From positions 77,808 to 141,807 of the forward strand of contig CAZWJT010000007.1 in NCBI GenBank assembly GCA_964634935.1: a stretch of 64,000 nucleotides of DNA, given 5' to 3'. Origin of the DNA: an uncultured Planctomycetia bacterium (GTDB taxonomy: Bacteria; Omnitrophota; Gorgyraeia; Duberdicusellales; Duberdicusellaceae). The notes under the pieces were generated by a model. That model ran no database searches. It saw only the letters and a program-made list of their open reading frames with translations, and was not told where the DNA came from. Shown piece by piece: positions 9,972 through 20,112 of this stretch. Position numbers and translations under genes: made by a program. The number at the start of each line of letters is the position of its first letter. The stretch's first letter is position 1.

Positions 9972-11198
9972 ATGAGGAAAGAAACTATTGCTTGTATTCT
10001 GGCGGTAAGTAATATTCGTAATGATCCTCGTGTTACCAAAGAAGCACAAACTCTTTCTCGATTCGGATATCAAACAATAGTCGTTGGAGTCTTTGAGTCG
10101 GGACTTCCTGCTCGCGAGACAGCCGATGATTATTCCATTATTCGAGTCAAATATTTTTTGTATGGAGCAGTTGTTGTTTTCAAAAAAATAAGTAAATTTT
10201 TCCAACGGCACGAAGGACCTGTAAGTACAAAAGATCGAAAAATATCATTTTTTGCTTGGATTGCCATTGCCCTACATCTTTTTTTAGTTAACCTTTCCTT
10301 TGTTCTAATAATTTCTAGACTCAATCCCTCGATTTGTCATTGTAGCGATTTAAATACTCTTCCTGCCGGATACATGCTGCACAAGCGCACTAAATGTCAG
10401 CTGATTTATGATGCGCATGAGCTTTGGGAAGATCAATTGCCCAATACTCCTCTATGGTGGAAAAAGATTTGCCTTTGGATAGAAAACCATGTGATGAGGC
10501 ATGTCTCTGCGTTAATAGCTGTAAATGATTTCATTGGAGAAACGATACAAAAGAGGAATAATTTTTCTTCATATTCAACGATACTGAATTGCCCGCCATA
10601 TCGAGAAACTAAAGATAATCGTTCAGAATTTATTGCATTATCTATGGAGAAAGTTTTTGTTTTATATCAAGGACGGTATGATAGCGCACGCGGATTGGAA
10701 GAACTTATACAAAGTGCAAAATTTTTTGCTGATAACGTAGTGCTTATAATGCGTGGTTATGGGGATACCGAACCTCAGTTAAAAGTTCTTGTACGAGAAA
10801 TGAAATTAAACGAGAAGGTTTTTTTTGTTCCTCCTGTTCCGATGGATAAATTAGTAGAAAGCGCACAAGGAGCCGATATTGGTGTCATTCCTTATTTACC
10901 CCAGTGTTTGAATAATATCCATTGCACTCCAAACAAACTGTTTGAATATATGCATGCCGGGCTTGCGTTGCTGGGTAGTGATCTCCCGGAACTTTCAGAT
11001 ATTATCGTAAAAAATAATATTGGAGAAGTATTTATCCCGGGAGATATGCATTCTATTGCAGAACACGTTAACCAGATGGTTGCGGATAGAGATAGACTCG
11101 ATAGAATGAAATATAAGTCTTTTTGCATTGCAAAAGACAAATATAATTGGCAGGTCGAGGAAGGCAAATTACTTTCTATTTATCAGAACTTAAAATAA
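9972..11198 (+). CDS. glycosyltransferase family 4
   Basis: I chose the ATG at 9972, which lies after the radical-SAM stop. The GT4-type N-terminus is 'ACILAVSNIRNDPRV'. The C-terminal GT-B domain carries a conserved 'E...E' region. Confidence 0.55.
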   Translation: MRKETIACILAVSNIRNDPRVTKEAQTLSRFGYQTIVVGVFESGLPARETADDYSIIRVKYFLYGAVVVFKKISKFFQRHEGPVSTKDRKISFFAWIAIALHLFLVNLSFVLIISRLNPSICHCSDLNTLPAGYMLHKRTKCQLIYDAHELWEDQLPNTPLWWKKICLWIENHVMRHVSALIAVNDFIGETIQKRNNFSSYSTILNCPPYRETKDNRSEFIALSMEKVFVLYQGRYDSARGLEELIQSAKFFADNVVLIMRGYGDTEPQLKVLVREMKLNEKVFFVPPVPMDKLVESAQGADIGVIPYLPQCLNNIHCTPNKLFEYMHAGLALLGSDLPELSDIIVKNNIGEVFIPGDMHSIAEHVNQMVADRDRLDRMKYKSFCIAKDKYNWQVEEGKLLSIYQNLK

Positions 11199-11224
11199 CT
11201 TTTCATGTCGGGGTGATTGACGCG

Positions 11225-11977
11225 ATGAAAATTATTTTCTTTACAAATAAGTGTTCACAGGGGGCAGAAATTCTGAGAAAAATCATTCAAAAAGGTATTG
11301 CTATTGAGGCGGTTATTATTGAAAAGCCCTTTGCGATTCTTAGCCCAAAAACCTGGGTTTTACTTAGCGACCCCAAATTTATTGTCTTATCAATATTTCG
11401 CAAATTGAAGCTTATTGTTTGGAAAAAGCATCAAAAAGCCTGGCTAAAAGATAAGTTTTACAAAAATTTTTCCGATACAATACATATCGTAGATAATTTT
11501 AACAGTTTTCATTGCGAGGAAATCTTAAAAAAATACTGTCCAGACTTAATTGTTCTGGGAGGGAGTAGAATATTACATGAGAAAATTCTAAGAATTCCAA
11601 AGATTGGAGTAATAAACGCACATCCTGGATTATTGCCGGGATATCGCGGCAATGACGTCATTCGTTGGGCTTTATATAACGGTGATCCTTTGGGTGTTAC
11701 CGTGCATTTTGTTGATGCTGGAGTCGATACGGGACCTATTGTATTGCAGAAAGAAATGACAATAGATAAGAATGATACCATCAGCACTTTGGAACATAAA
11801 GCAGAAGTGTTGGCCGCCGATTTACTATCGGGAGTGCTTTATAGAATGATTCAGGGAGAGGTTTTGACCTTAATTTCGCAAAGCACGAAGTCTGGAAAAC
11901 AGTATTATCGAATGCCAGCAAATTTTCACAAAAAAGTTATTGAAAGATTAGTAATGATACAGAGCGCAAAACAATGA
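11225..11977 (+). CDS. sugar N-formyltransferase (formyl_trans_N family)
   Basis: The motifs 'INAHPGLLPGYRG' and 'VHFVDAGVDTGPIV' supply the N/H/D catalytic residues of folate-dependent formyltransferases. I chose the ATG at 11225. Confidence 0.65.
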   Translation: MKIIFFTNKCSQGAEILRKIIQKGIAIEAVIIEKPFAILSPKTWVLLSDPKFIVLSIFRKLKLIVWKKHQKAWLKDKFYKNFSDTIHIVDNFNSFHCEEILKKYCPDLIVLGGSRILHEKILRIPKIGVINAHPGLLPGYRGNDVIRWALYNGDPLGVTVHFVDAGVDTGPIVLQKEMTIDKNDTISTLEHKAEVLAADLLSGVLYRMIQGEVLTLISQSTKSGKQYYRMPANFHKKVIERLVMIQSAKQ

Positions 11978-13347
11978 TTATACGGTATAGAATTGAAAAT
12001 TGTTCTCCTTTAAAGAAATACGTATTTGATTTTATATTTAACGTATTGGGACTCAACGGGAAAGAGGAACGGGATGGGCCTCTGGATTTATACTATGGCA
12101 ACAGCGATCCACGGGGTGCACGGTTAGTCATTCGAGAAAGATCAGAAGATATTGTCTGGAACGAACTTCTTTCTGGAGATTTTACGCTTGCCCAGGTTCA
12201 ACGTGTAATCCCATTTGATTTTATTAGCGCTTTGGGATTTTTTCTGCAAGATTTAGGTAATAAAAATTTATCTCAAGACTCATATGATGAACACAATCGA
12301 TTGTTATTTAAAAAGAGTTTTCAATATCGTACGCACATTGAACGTATTCCAATAGTGAATGTATATATTAATTTTCTTGGCAATATTTTTACACGGGTTT
12401 TTGATGCTCCCGTGGTATCACGATGGCCGCAAGGAAAAACATGTGCAATCGGCTTGTCGCACGATGTTGATATTACAGGGAAATACGATCTCCTTTCTGG
12501 CGCTCTTTTTTGCAGCCGGCGAACGCTCGCTCAGAATTTTTCTTTCAATATTGTTCGGATAAGAACTTTTCTCGGGCGTTTAAAAGATAAAGATTCAGAT
12601 GATCATTGGTTATTTAACGAGATTATGGCGTATGAGAAGAAACTAGGATTTACATCGACTTTTTTCTTCGCAGTTAAGAATTTTTTTGATAAATTAGCTT
12701 CCGATTACGATGTTTTTTATGATATTTACTCAAGAAGGTTTAGGGACTTATTTGCGAATATTTCTCGACATGGTTTTGAGATTGGTCTTCATGCGAGCTA
12801 TATGGCTTATCGAAATGTCAAAAATTTTATAGAAGAGAAGAAAATCTTGTCAGATCTTGCAGGGTGCACTATAAACGGCTTACGCCACCACTATTGGCAC
12901 ATTGGGGATAATCCTGATCAGTCTTTATTGTTCCATGAACGGGCAGGGTTTCAGTATGATTCTTCTATCGCTTTCGAAGATCATCTTGGGTTCCGTAGAA
13001 ATGTAGCTCTTCCATATTATCCGTGGACTAACGCTATGAACCGTTCTTTAGGCGTATTGCAGTTACCAGTTTTTTGTATGGACGGTAATTTATTTTATGA
13101 AACAGCAGATTTTAATTGTGCTTTTGAGCAAGTTAAAGAGTATATTCGCACAATTAAAGCTTGTGCTGGACTTGGAGTTTTAAACTGGCACTCGCACACT
13201 TCTTATCCGAGGAATAACTCTTATCAACAATGGGCGCAACTATACCTAAAAATATTAGATTATTTGGGAGCAGATTCATCAATTTGGGTGACGAATTTAG
13301 GCAATATATATTCCTGGAGTGCAAAAAGATTCGGACGGGGTTTGTAG
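11974..13347 (+). CDS. polysaccharide-deacetylase-like (CE4-fold) protein, tentative
   Basis: 'GLSHDVD' and several His-rich segments ('LRHHYWH') are present. Similarity to deacetylases is weak, so this is mostly a hypothetical protein. Confidence 0.3.
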   Translation: MIIRYRIENCSPLKKYVFDFIFNVLGLNGKEERDGPLDLYYGNSDPRGARLVIRERSEDIVWNELLSGDFTLAQVQRVIPFDFISALGFFLQDLGNKNLSQDSYDEHNRLLFKKSFQYRTHIERIPIVNVYINFLGNIFTRVFDAPVVSRWPQGKTCAIGLSHDVDITGKYDLLSGALFCSRRTLAQNFSFNIVRIRTFLGRLKDKDSDDHWLFNEIMAYEKKLGFTSTFFFAVKNFFDKLASDYDVFYDIYSRRFRDLFANISRHGFEIGLHASYMAYRNVKNFIEEKKILSDLAGCTINGLRHHYWHIGDNPDQSLLFHERAGFQYDSSIAFEDHLGFRRNVALPYYPWTNAMNRSLGVLQLPVFCMDGNLFYETADFNCAFEQVKEYIRTIKACAGLGVLNWHSHTSYPRNNSYQQWAQLYLKILDYLGADSSIWVTNLGNIYSWSAKRFGRGL

Positions 13348-13370
13348 CAGGCTGAATTTTTCAGATAATT

Positions 13371-15311
13371 ATGTGTGCGATAGGCGGTATTTATAGCAAA
13401 TCGGCAGTTCATAATACTGCTATATTGAAGCAGATGATGAATTTAGTGCGGCACAGAGGGCCAGACGATGAAGGGTATCTCATTGTCAATACATCGATAG
13501 GTATGGAGTATCGTCTAGGCGGCCTAGATAGTAAATCTAAGTATGAGACAATTCAAAATTTCCATTCAGCGGGAAATCTTTTCTTCGGGCATCGAAGGCT
13601 AGCTATTCTTGATACAACTGCAGCCGGTGCTCAACCAATGAGTGACAGAGAAAAGAAATACTGGATAGTTTATAATGGGGAAATTTATAACTATCTTGAG
13701 CTTAAAGAAGAATTGCATCGAGATGGTTATGTTTTTCAGACGGGAACCGATACCGAAGTTATTTTAGCAAGTTACCAGAAATGGGGCGAGGAGTGTGTTT
13801 TTCACTTTAATGGAATGTGGGCGTTTGCGATATATGATAAAGAAAAAGAATCGATATTTTGCAGCAGGGACCGTTTTGGTGTAAAACCATTGTACTATTT
13901 TCAGAATGAACAAATGTTTGTATTTTTTTCCGAGATAAAACAAGCAACTGCTTTTCCGGAGAGGGCGAGGAATCTAAATAAAAATAGAGCTGTCGATTTT
14001 CTAAAGTATGGCATTTTTGATCATACAGCAGAAACATTATTTTCGGATGTTTTCCAATTGCGCGGGGGGCATAATCTTGTTTATGAATTTTCCAAGGGCA
14101 CTTTTGATATTAAGAAATGGTATTGTTGCGAGAATGCCGAACTATCCAAGCAATCGTCAGTGTTTTCAGCCGCTAAGAATTTTCATGATATCTTTCATGA
14201 TTCAATCAATATAAGGCTTCGATCAGACGTTAAAGTCGGGTCTTGTCTTTCTGGCGGTCTCGATAGCTCAAGTATTGTTTGTGTTGTCAATAATTTGCTC
14301 GGAGAAAAGAGGGTTCATGATAATCAAGAAACAGTTTCTTCGTGTTTCGATGAAATTTTATATGATGAACGATTTTATATTGACCAAGTGGTTCGTCAAA
14401 CGAACGTAGCATCCTATCGAGTTTTTCCAAATTTTGATAATTTGTTTTTGGAGCTCGACCGTTTAATTTGGCATCAAGATGAACCGTTCGCTTCTACGAG
14501 TGTTTTTGCTCAGTGGAATGTTTTTCGTTGTGCACAGGAAAATAAGCTCACGGTAATGCTTGACGGGCAGGGGGCTGATGAGTTGTTCGCCGGATATCAC
14601 TCATTCTATGGGCCCTATTTTTTGAATTTATCCTTACGTGGAAGCGCATGGATTCTTTTTAAGGAGATTCGATATTTTTGTAAACTTCATCACTATGGTT
14701 TCCGAGATTTTATTTTTCAGCTCGGGAATTCTTTATGCTCTGGACCGATTAAAAAGATCCTAAGAAATATTTTGCAACTAAACAGCGAGTGGGTTATAGA
14801 TAATGAGCACAACGAGAGTGACTACTTATGTTTGAGAAATTTTCTGAATATTCGGGAAATGTCTTTACATCTATTGTTGTATGCGAGCATTCCCATGCTT
14901 TTGCATTATGAAGACAGAAACTCAATGGCATTTTCAGTGGAATCACGGCTGCCTTTCTTGGATTATCGTCTTGTTGAGTTTGCATTGAGCTTGCCGGATA
15001 ACTATAAGATTCATAATGGAAAGACAAAATATATTCTACGTGAAGCGATGAAAACAGTTTTACCGGAAAAAATTTATAATCGTACTGATAAAATGGGATT
15101 TGTTACTCCGGAGGAGTTGTGGCTCAAGGAAAATCAGGAAGTTTTCCGCAGGGAATTAAAAGAAGCAGTGCAACTTTCGGGAGGATTAATCAACGAGCGC
15201 ATCCTCAATCGTTTTGAGGATGTTTGTACCGGGAAGAGGAAATTTGATTTTTCTATTTGGCGTGTTATTTCGTTCGGAAGATGGCTGAAGGTTTTTAATG
15301 TAAAACCATGA
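13371..15311 (+). CDS. asnB: asparagine synthetase B-type glutamine amidotransferase (WbpG-like)
   Basis: The N-terminal 'MCAIGG' carries the catalytic Cys2. The PP-loop 'SGGLDSS' is present. The protein is about 646 aa. Confidence 0.8.
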   Translation: MCAIGGIYSKSAVHNTAILKQMMNLVRHRGPDDEGYLIVNTSIGMEYRLGGLDSKSKYETIQNFHSAGNLFFGHRRLAILDTTAAGAQPMSDREKKYWIVYNGEIYNYLELKEELHRDGYVFQTGTDTEVILASYQKWGEECVFHFNGMWAFAIYDKEKESIFCSRDRFGVKPLYYFQNEQMFVFFSEIKQATAFPERARNLNKNRAVDFLKYGIFDHTAETLFSDVFQLRGGHNLVYEFSKGTFDIKKWYCCENAELSKQSSVFSAAKNFHDIFHDSINIRLRSDVKVGSCLSGGLDSSSIVCVVNNLLGEKRVHDNQETVSSCFDEILYDERFYIDQVVRQTNVASYRVFPNFDNLFLELDRLIWHQDEPFASTSVFAQWNVFRCAQENKLTVMLDGQGADELFAGYHSFYGPYFLNLSLRGSAWILFKEIRYFCKLHHYGFRDFIFQLGNSLCSGPIKKILRNILQLNSEWVIDNEHNESDYLCLRNFLNIREMSLHLLLYASIPMLLHYEDRNSMAFSVESRLPFLDYRLVEFALSLPDNYKIHNGKTKYILREAMKTVLPEKIYNRTDKMGFVTPEELWLKENQEVFRRELKEAVQLSGGLINERILNRFEDVCTGKRKFDFSIWRVISFGRWLKVFNVKP

Positions 15312-16396
15312 AAATCGCAACGATTGTTGGGGCTCGCCCGCAGTTCATTAAAGCTGCGACGGTGAGCAGGCTATTCAGAAAGAGGAGAAGACTGAGGGAG
15401 ATTTTGATTCATACTGGTCAACATTATGACCGGAATATGTCTGATATTTTTTTCCGGCAATTGGATTTGTCGAAACCTGATTATCATCTGGGAGTTGGTT
15501 CTTTAAGTCATGCGCAGCAGACGGCGTGTATGTTGGAGCGCATCGAGCAGGTTCTTATCAAAGAAAAACCACAATGCGTTATTGTGTATGGAGATACTAA
15601 TTCTACAATTGCCGGCGCCTTGGCCGCTGCGAAGCTGAATATTCCGGTCACTCACATTGAGGCAGGATTGCGTTCATTTAACCGTGTCATGCCCGAAGAG
15701 ATGAACCGCGTCGTAACCGATCATCTCTCGGATCTTCTTTTTACTCCAACACAAACCGCCATAAAGAATCTTAAGAATGAAGGTATTTCTGCGAAGAAAA
15801 TATTTCCTGTCGGTGATGTGATGTACGACGCTGCGCTTTTTTATGCGCAGAAGGCGGAAAAGGCGAGTTGTATCTTGCGGGATTTAAATATCATGCCCAA
15901 GAACTATGTTTTGGCTACTATCCATCGAGCAGAAAACACGGATAGTCCCATGGCGCTAGAGACAATTTTTCAGAGTCTTTGTATGATTTCAAAAAAGATA
16001 CCCGTTATTTTTCCTGTGCACCCGAGAACGAAAAAAATACTTGGGAGAAAACTTGTGAAAACAAAAGCACAGAATGACTTCCATTGTATTTCGCCTGTCG
16101 GGTATCTCGATATGATTCACTTAGAAAAAAATGCCAGAGCTATTGTTACCGATTCCGGCGGTATTCAAAAAGAAGCATTTTTCTACCGGGTCCCAGCGGT
16201 GACTATACGCACAGAAACTGAATGGACAGAAACCGTGCGATTAGGCTGGAATCAGATTGTTCCTCCCCGTCGTTCCGATGATATTACCCAGAAAGTTCTT
16301 GCTTGTTTCGCAAGGCAGGGGAGGATAAGTTATCCGTATGGGAGGGGAGACGCTGCGCAAAAAATTCTTATCGCCTTACTTCAAAGGTTTCATTGA
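15308..16396 (+). CDS. wecB: UDP-N-acetylglucosamine 2-epimerase (non-hydrolysing)
   Basis: 'IVGARPQFIKAA...HTGQHYD' is the characteristic epimerase_2 N-terminus. There is an ATGA overlap with asnB. Confidence 0.8.
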   Translation: MKIATIVGARPQFIKAATVSRLFRKRRRLREILIHTGQHYDRNMSDIFFRQLDLSKPDYHLGVGSLSHAQQTACMLERIEQVLIKEKPQCVIVYGDTNSTIAGALAAAKLNIPVTHIEAGLRSFNRVMPEEMNRVVTDHLSDLLFTPTQTAIKNLKNEGISAKKIFPVGDVMYDAALFYAQKAEKASCILRDLNIMPKNYVLATIHRAENTDSPMALETIFQSLCMISKKIPVIFPVHPRTKKILGRKLVKTKAQNDFHCISPVGYLDMIHLEKNARAIVTDSGGIQKEAFFYRVPAVTIRTETEWTETVRLGWNQIVPPRRSDDITQKVLACFARQGRISYPYGRGDAAQKILIALLQRFH

Positions 16397-16465
16397 AACA
16401 TTACGCTGTGAATTTTCACGGTTAAAAGATTCTTTTATGACGAGAGCTTTTCCCGGAATCCATTT

Positions 16466-18304
16466 ATGAAACAACGCGGAATATTCTTTTTCTTGCCTAT
16501 TCTTATTTTTTTTGTTTATTCCAATACTCTCTGGAGTTCGTTTCATTTTGACGACATAAGTTCCATCGTCCAGAATTACGCCATTAAAGATATTTTTAAT
16601 CTAAAAGCTATCTGGAATTTCTGGCCTACGCGCTTTATAACTTACTTTTCTTTCGCTTGGAATTATCATTTTCATCAATTAGACGTTTTTGGGTATCATC
16701 TTCTGAATATCATAATCCATATTCTTTCTTCGTTCTTTGTTTGGCTCCTTGCGCTTCTTGCATGTCAGCTAGAGCGTGTTCAGGACAATGGAAGCAAACT
16801 ATTTAAGGATTATCGATACCCTATCGCTTTTTTTGCTTCTGCCGTTTTTGCTCTTCACCCAATCCAAACCCAAGCAGTAACGTATATCACTCAGCGGGCG
16901 GTTTCGTTGTGTGGGCTTTTCTGTCTTGCTTCAGTATTTTTCTATTTGAGATTTCGATTCTTACGGCTTACCGGGGCGAATTGGTTTCCTACGCGAATAT
17001 CCTACTTTTTGTCATTGCTTTGTGGCGTGTTCGCGATGTTTACTAAGGAAATAGCGATTATCTTGCCAATCGGAATCGCTCTATGTGATAAGCTTTTTGT
17101 GCGGCAAAAAACAGAAAAAAATACCTATCTTTTCTTGCCTTTTGTGTTATTGTTTTTTATCATTCCCGTTACTTTTTCTCTTACCCGGAGCCTAGACTAT
17201 TCGGCTTTAAAGCGGATATCCGAAGGAGTAGAACTTCTGAGTCCTTGGGAATATTTTTTCACAGAGCTGAGAGTTATCATAACCTATCTCAGACTTTCTT
17301 TTCTGCCAGTTGTTCAAAACCTTCTGTATGATTATCCAGTACAAAAAGATTTATTTTCAGTTTCTGTCTTGAGTGGTATTGTCCTTGTTATCGCGAGCAT
17401 TCTTTTTGCGCTGAAATTCATTCGTAACTATCGGCTGATGAGTTTTGGGATTTTCTGGTTTTTCTTGATGCTTCTGCCGGAATCCAGTTTTATTCCAATC
17501 CAGGATCTCATTTTTGAACATCGGCTGTATCTCGCTCTTTTCGGGTACGCATTGTTTTTTGTAAGTGGCATATTCTATCTAACTTCTTCTCGGCGAATAT
17601 TTCTTGGAAAGCTGTTCTTATTCGCGGTTGTTCTTTCCTATGCGCTTCTTGCCTATAACCGTAATGCAATATGGCAGAATGAAATTACCCTCTGGAGTGA
17701 CGTTATCGCTCGGTCGCCTCGGAACACAGCGGGCTACACAAACAGGGGGATTGCGTTCTTTAGACTTGGTTCTTTTCAAGAAGCCTTGGCGGATTTTGGG
17801 CGGACACTGGAAATAGATCCAAAAAACGTCCAGGCCTTTGTAAACCGGGGGGTTATTTATTTTTATATTGGTCGTCAGGATTTGGCTTTGAAAGATTTCA
17901 ATCGAGCGATTCGCTATTTACCATTTATTTCCGGCGATGAAACAAAGAGCGACGCCTATACAAAACGCGGGGTAGTTTATTTTTCTCAAGGTAATTACGG
18001 GAAGGCTTTGAAAGATTTCAATCGAGCGTTGGATATTTATTTTGCTAATGCCGAAGCATTATTTAATAGGGGATCTCTGTTTGCCAGAAGCGCAGAATAC
18101 AAAAAAGCAATTGGAGATTTTACGATTGCTTTGCGACTGAATCCGGATTATGCCCAGGCTTATTATAACCGCGGTTATGCCTATTATTTATCCCGAGAAT
18201 ATGCTGCAGCCTACTCTGATTTCCGGAAAGCAGCGGATTTTGGCATTCTTGTGGATAAGTCTATGATGGATGAAATAGGAAAATATGGACAGATTGGGAA
18301 ATAG
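16466..18304 (+). CDS. TMTC-like GT-C membrane protein with C-terminal TPR repeats
   Basis: The polytopic N-terminus has a 'HFDD' DD-loop after TM1. At least six C-terminal TPR units carry a repeated 'ALKDFNRA' consensus. Confidence 0.55.
   Translation: MKQRGIFFFLPILIFFVYSNTLWSSFHFDDISSIVQNYAIKDIFNLKAIWNFWPTRFITYFSFAWNYHFHQLDVFGYHLLNIIIHILSSFFVWLLALLACQLERVQDNGSKLFKDYRYPIAFFASAVFALHPIQTQAVTYITQRAVSLCGLFCLASVFFYLRFRFLRLTGANWFPTRISYFLSLLCGVFAMFTKEIAIILPIGIALCDKLFVRQKTEKNTYLFLPFVLLFFIIPVTFSLTRSLDYSALKRISEGVELLSPWEYFFTELRVIITYLRLSFLPVVQNLLYDYPVQKDLFSVSVLSGIVLVIASILFALKFIRNYRLMSFGIFWFFLMLLPESSFIPIQDLIFEHRLYLALFGYALFFVSGIFYLTSSRRIFLGKLFLFAVVLSYALLAYNRNAIWQNEITLWSDVIARSPRNTAGYTNRGIAFFRLGSFQEALADFGRTLEIDPKNVQAFVNRGVIYFYIGRQDLALKDFNRAIRYLPFISGDETKSDAYTKRGVVYFSQGNYGKALKDFNRALDIYFANAEALFNRGSLFARSAEYKKAIGDFTIALRLNPDYAQAYYNRGYAYYLSREYAAAYSDFRKAADFGILVDKSMMDEIGKYGQIGK
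17884..18028 (+). repeat. 25-nt perfect direct repeat (GGCTTTGAAAGATTTCAATCGAGCG) at 17884-17908 and 18004-18028 inside TPR units
   Basis: I read it directly from the sequence. It reflects a recent duplication of a TPR unit. Confidence 0.7.
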
Positions 18305-18360
18305 ACATATAATAAAACAGCGCTGCCTTAACGGAACATAAAGAGAAGAAGGAGGAGAGG

Positions 18361-19326
18361 ATGGGTACGCTTCATATACGGATGTCTTTTCTTGTCATTG
18401 TTCTTTTTGGGATTCTTTACATGCTTGTATCGCTGTTTATGCAAGCGATGGGAGTACAAAGTTTTGCTGCCTATGCGGGGGTAGCGGTTTTGATGATGCT
18501 GTTTCAATTTTCAGTAGGGCCAAAAATAGTTGAATTCACCATGGGGGTGAAATATATAGGGAGGGATAAGGCGCCTTGGTTGTTTGAAATGGTAGAAGGG
18601 CTTGCCCGAAAAGCGAAAATACCCACCCCAAAGATAGGCGTATCTTCTTTACGTGTTCCGAACGCATTCGCATTTGGCCGAGGCGTGCGTGATGGAAGGG
18701 TATGCGTTACCGAGGGTATCCTGCATTTGTTGGACCGTGAAGAATTGAAGGCAGTACTTGGTCATGAGATCAGCCATATTAAAAACCGAGATGTTCTTTT
18801 TATTACGTTTCTTTCGGTCATTCCTCTTATTTTGTACCGGATCTTTTTTCACCTTAGTTTTTTCGGTTCTTCTTCCCGACGCGAGAACAACAATTCAGCC
18901 GCATTGCTTGGGCTGGTAGCCTTTATTTTTTATCTTATTACGAATCTTTTGGTTCTTTACGCTTCCCGAATCCGTGAATATTTTGCTGATCGGGGAGCAA
19001 TTGCGCTCGGCAATGACCCATCAACTCTGGCCTCTGCTTTGTATAAGCTCGTATATGGCGCTGCGCGTTCGCCGGAGGAAGAAATACGCCAAGTCGAGGG
19101 AGTGAAGGCATTCTTTCTGAATGATATTTCACGTTCCCGTCGTGAGATTCACAGTCTTTCGCAGCTTGATTTAGATAGAAGCGGCACAATTGACCAGTCG
19201 GAACTTCGTCTGCTTCGGAATAAAAAGATTAACGTTGATTTTACCGGAAGGCTCATGGAAGTTTTTAGTACACACCCGAATATGCTCAAGAGAATCAAGC
19301 ATTTGTCAGAGTATACAAAAAATTGA
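18361..19326 (+). CDS. htpX: M48-family zinc metalloprotease HtpX
   Basis: 'LGHEISHIKNRD' is an HExxH motif. Flanking TM helices are present. The GGAGG RBS is upstream. Confidence 0.75.
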   Translation: MGTLHIRMSFLVIVLFGILYMLVSLFMQAMGVQSFAAYAGVAVLMMLFQFSVGPKIVEFTMGVKYIGRDKAPWLFEMVEGLARKAKIPTPKIGVSSLRVPNAFAFGRGVRDGRVCVTEGILHLLDREELKAVLGHEISHIKNRDVLFITFLSVIPLILYRIFFHLSFFGSSSRRENNNSAALLGLVAFIFYLITNLLVLYASRIREYFADRGAIALGNDPSTLASALYKLVYGAARSPEEEIRQVEGVKAFFLNDISRSRREIHSLSQLDLDRSGTIDQSELRLLRNKKINVDFTGRLMEVFSTHPNMLKRIKHLSEYTKN

Positions 19327-19356
19327 TTTCTAAAATTCCCGCCCATCTGAAACTTA

Positions 19357-19384
19357 TTGACATCGTAGTGCTCCATGTTATAGT
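19357..19384 (+). promoter_or_regulatory. candidate sigma70 promoter (TTGACA-16-TATAGT)
   Basis: Read from the sequence. It lies about 50 nt upstream of the 19431 CDS. Confidence 0.35.
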
Positions 19385-19430
19385 ATTTTTGTAAAGCGGG
19401 TTAATACGGTAACACAAGGGAGGTGTTTCT

Positions 19431-19913
19431 ATGAAAAAAGGGCAGAAGATTTTATCAGTTGTTTTTTTGATGCTACTTCTTTTAAGCTATGGGGCAATTT
19501 TTTATCTCTATACGTCTTATAAGGAAAAGATGGATACTTTGGAACAGCAATCTCAGACTACCGTTTCAAAGATTGACGAGGTCGTGGGGAGCGTTAATTC
19601 AGTAAGAGCAAGAATCGATGGGGTTGACTCTAAGATTTCCGGTTATTCAGAAAGTTTGCAGGCGATTGAAGGCAAGATGAAGCTGACAGAATCTGACAAA
19701 AAAGATATTTTTGACCAAGTAACGAGCCTTCGCCAGGAATTTCAGAATTTTCAATCAGAATATACATCGGCGATGGCCGACATTCGGGACAAGGTGGCAT
19801 CAATGCAGAGCGCGGCAGATACAAAGAATGCCGGCGTTAACGTTGAATTGGGAGGGATTTCAGTAGAGAAGCCCTCGGGTGATAAGACCATGCCTGAAAA
19901 GATAACTCCGTAA
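19431..19913 (+). CDS. hypothetical membrane-anchored coiled-coil protein
   Basis: There is an N-terminal TM helix followed by a Q/E/S-rich helical region. The RBS is GGGAGG. Confidence 0.4.
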   Translation: MKKGQKILSVVFLMLLLLSYGAIFYLYTSYKEKMDTLEQQSQTTVSKIDEVVGSVNSVRARIDGVDSKISGYSESLQAIEGKMKLTESDKKDIFDQVTSLRQEFQNFQSEYTSAMADIRDKVASMQSAADTKNAGVNVELGGISVEKPSGDKTMPEKITP

Positions 19914-19956
19914 AACCCGGCGGGGAGAATACTGCTCTTTTTATTCACTCGAAAGA

Positions 19957-20112
19957 ATGAAGATTTTTGTTTCGGTTTTAAGCGGTGCAATCATTGGTTT
20001 TCTTATCGGTTATTTCGGAAGATGTTCGGCGGGTACCTGTCCGCTTACCAGCAATCCTCTTCTGAGTGCTTCTATTGGGGCAATGATTGGTTTCATGGTG
20101 GCGGCAAAATAG
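19957..20112 (+). CDS. small membrane protein (51 aa; two hydrophobic segments and a CxxxxC motif)
   Basis: It translates to 'MKIFVSVLSGAIIGFLIGYFGRCSAGTCPLTSNPLLSASIGAMIGFMVAAK'. It falls below the ORF-track length cutoff. Confidence 0.35.
   Translation: MKIFVSVLSGAIIGFLIGYFGRCSAGTCPLTSNPLLSASIGAMIGFMVAAK

Noticed and set aside
12359-12562. 67-aa ORF in an alternative frame within the deacetylase-like gene
   Set aside because: It is nested in a longer ORF with better coding character. It is likely spurious.
19860-19960. Possible terminator after the 19431 CDS ('CCCGGCGGGG' followed by a T-run)
   Set aside because: The stem is short and imperfect. I am not confident enough to call it.
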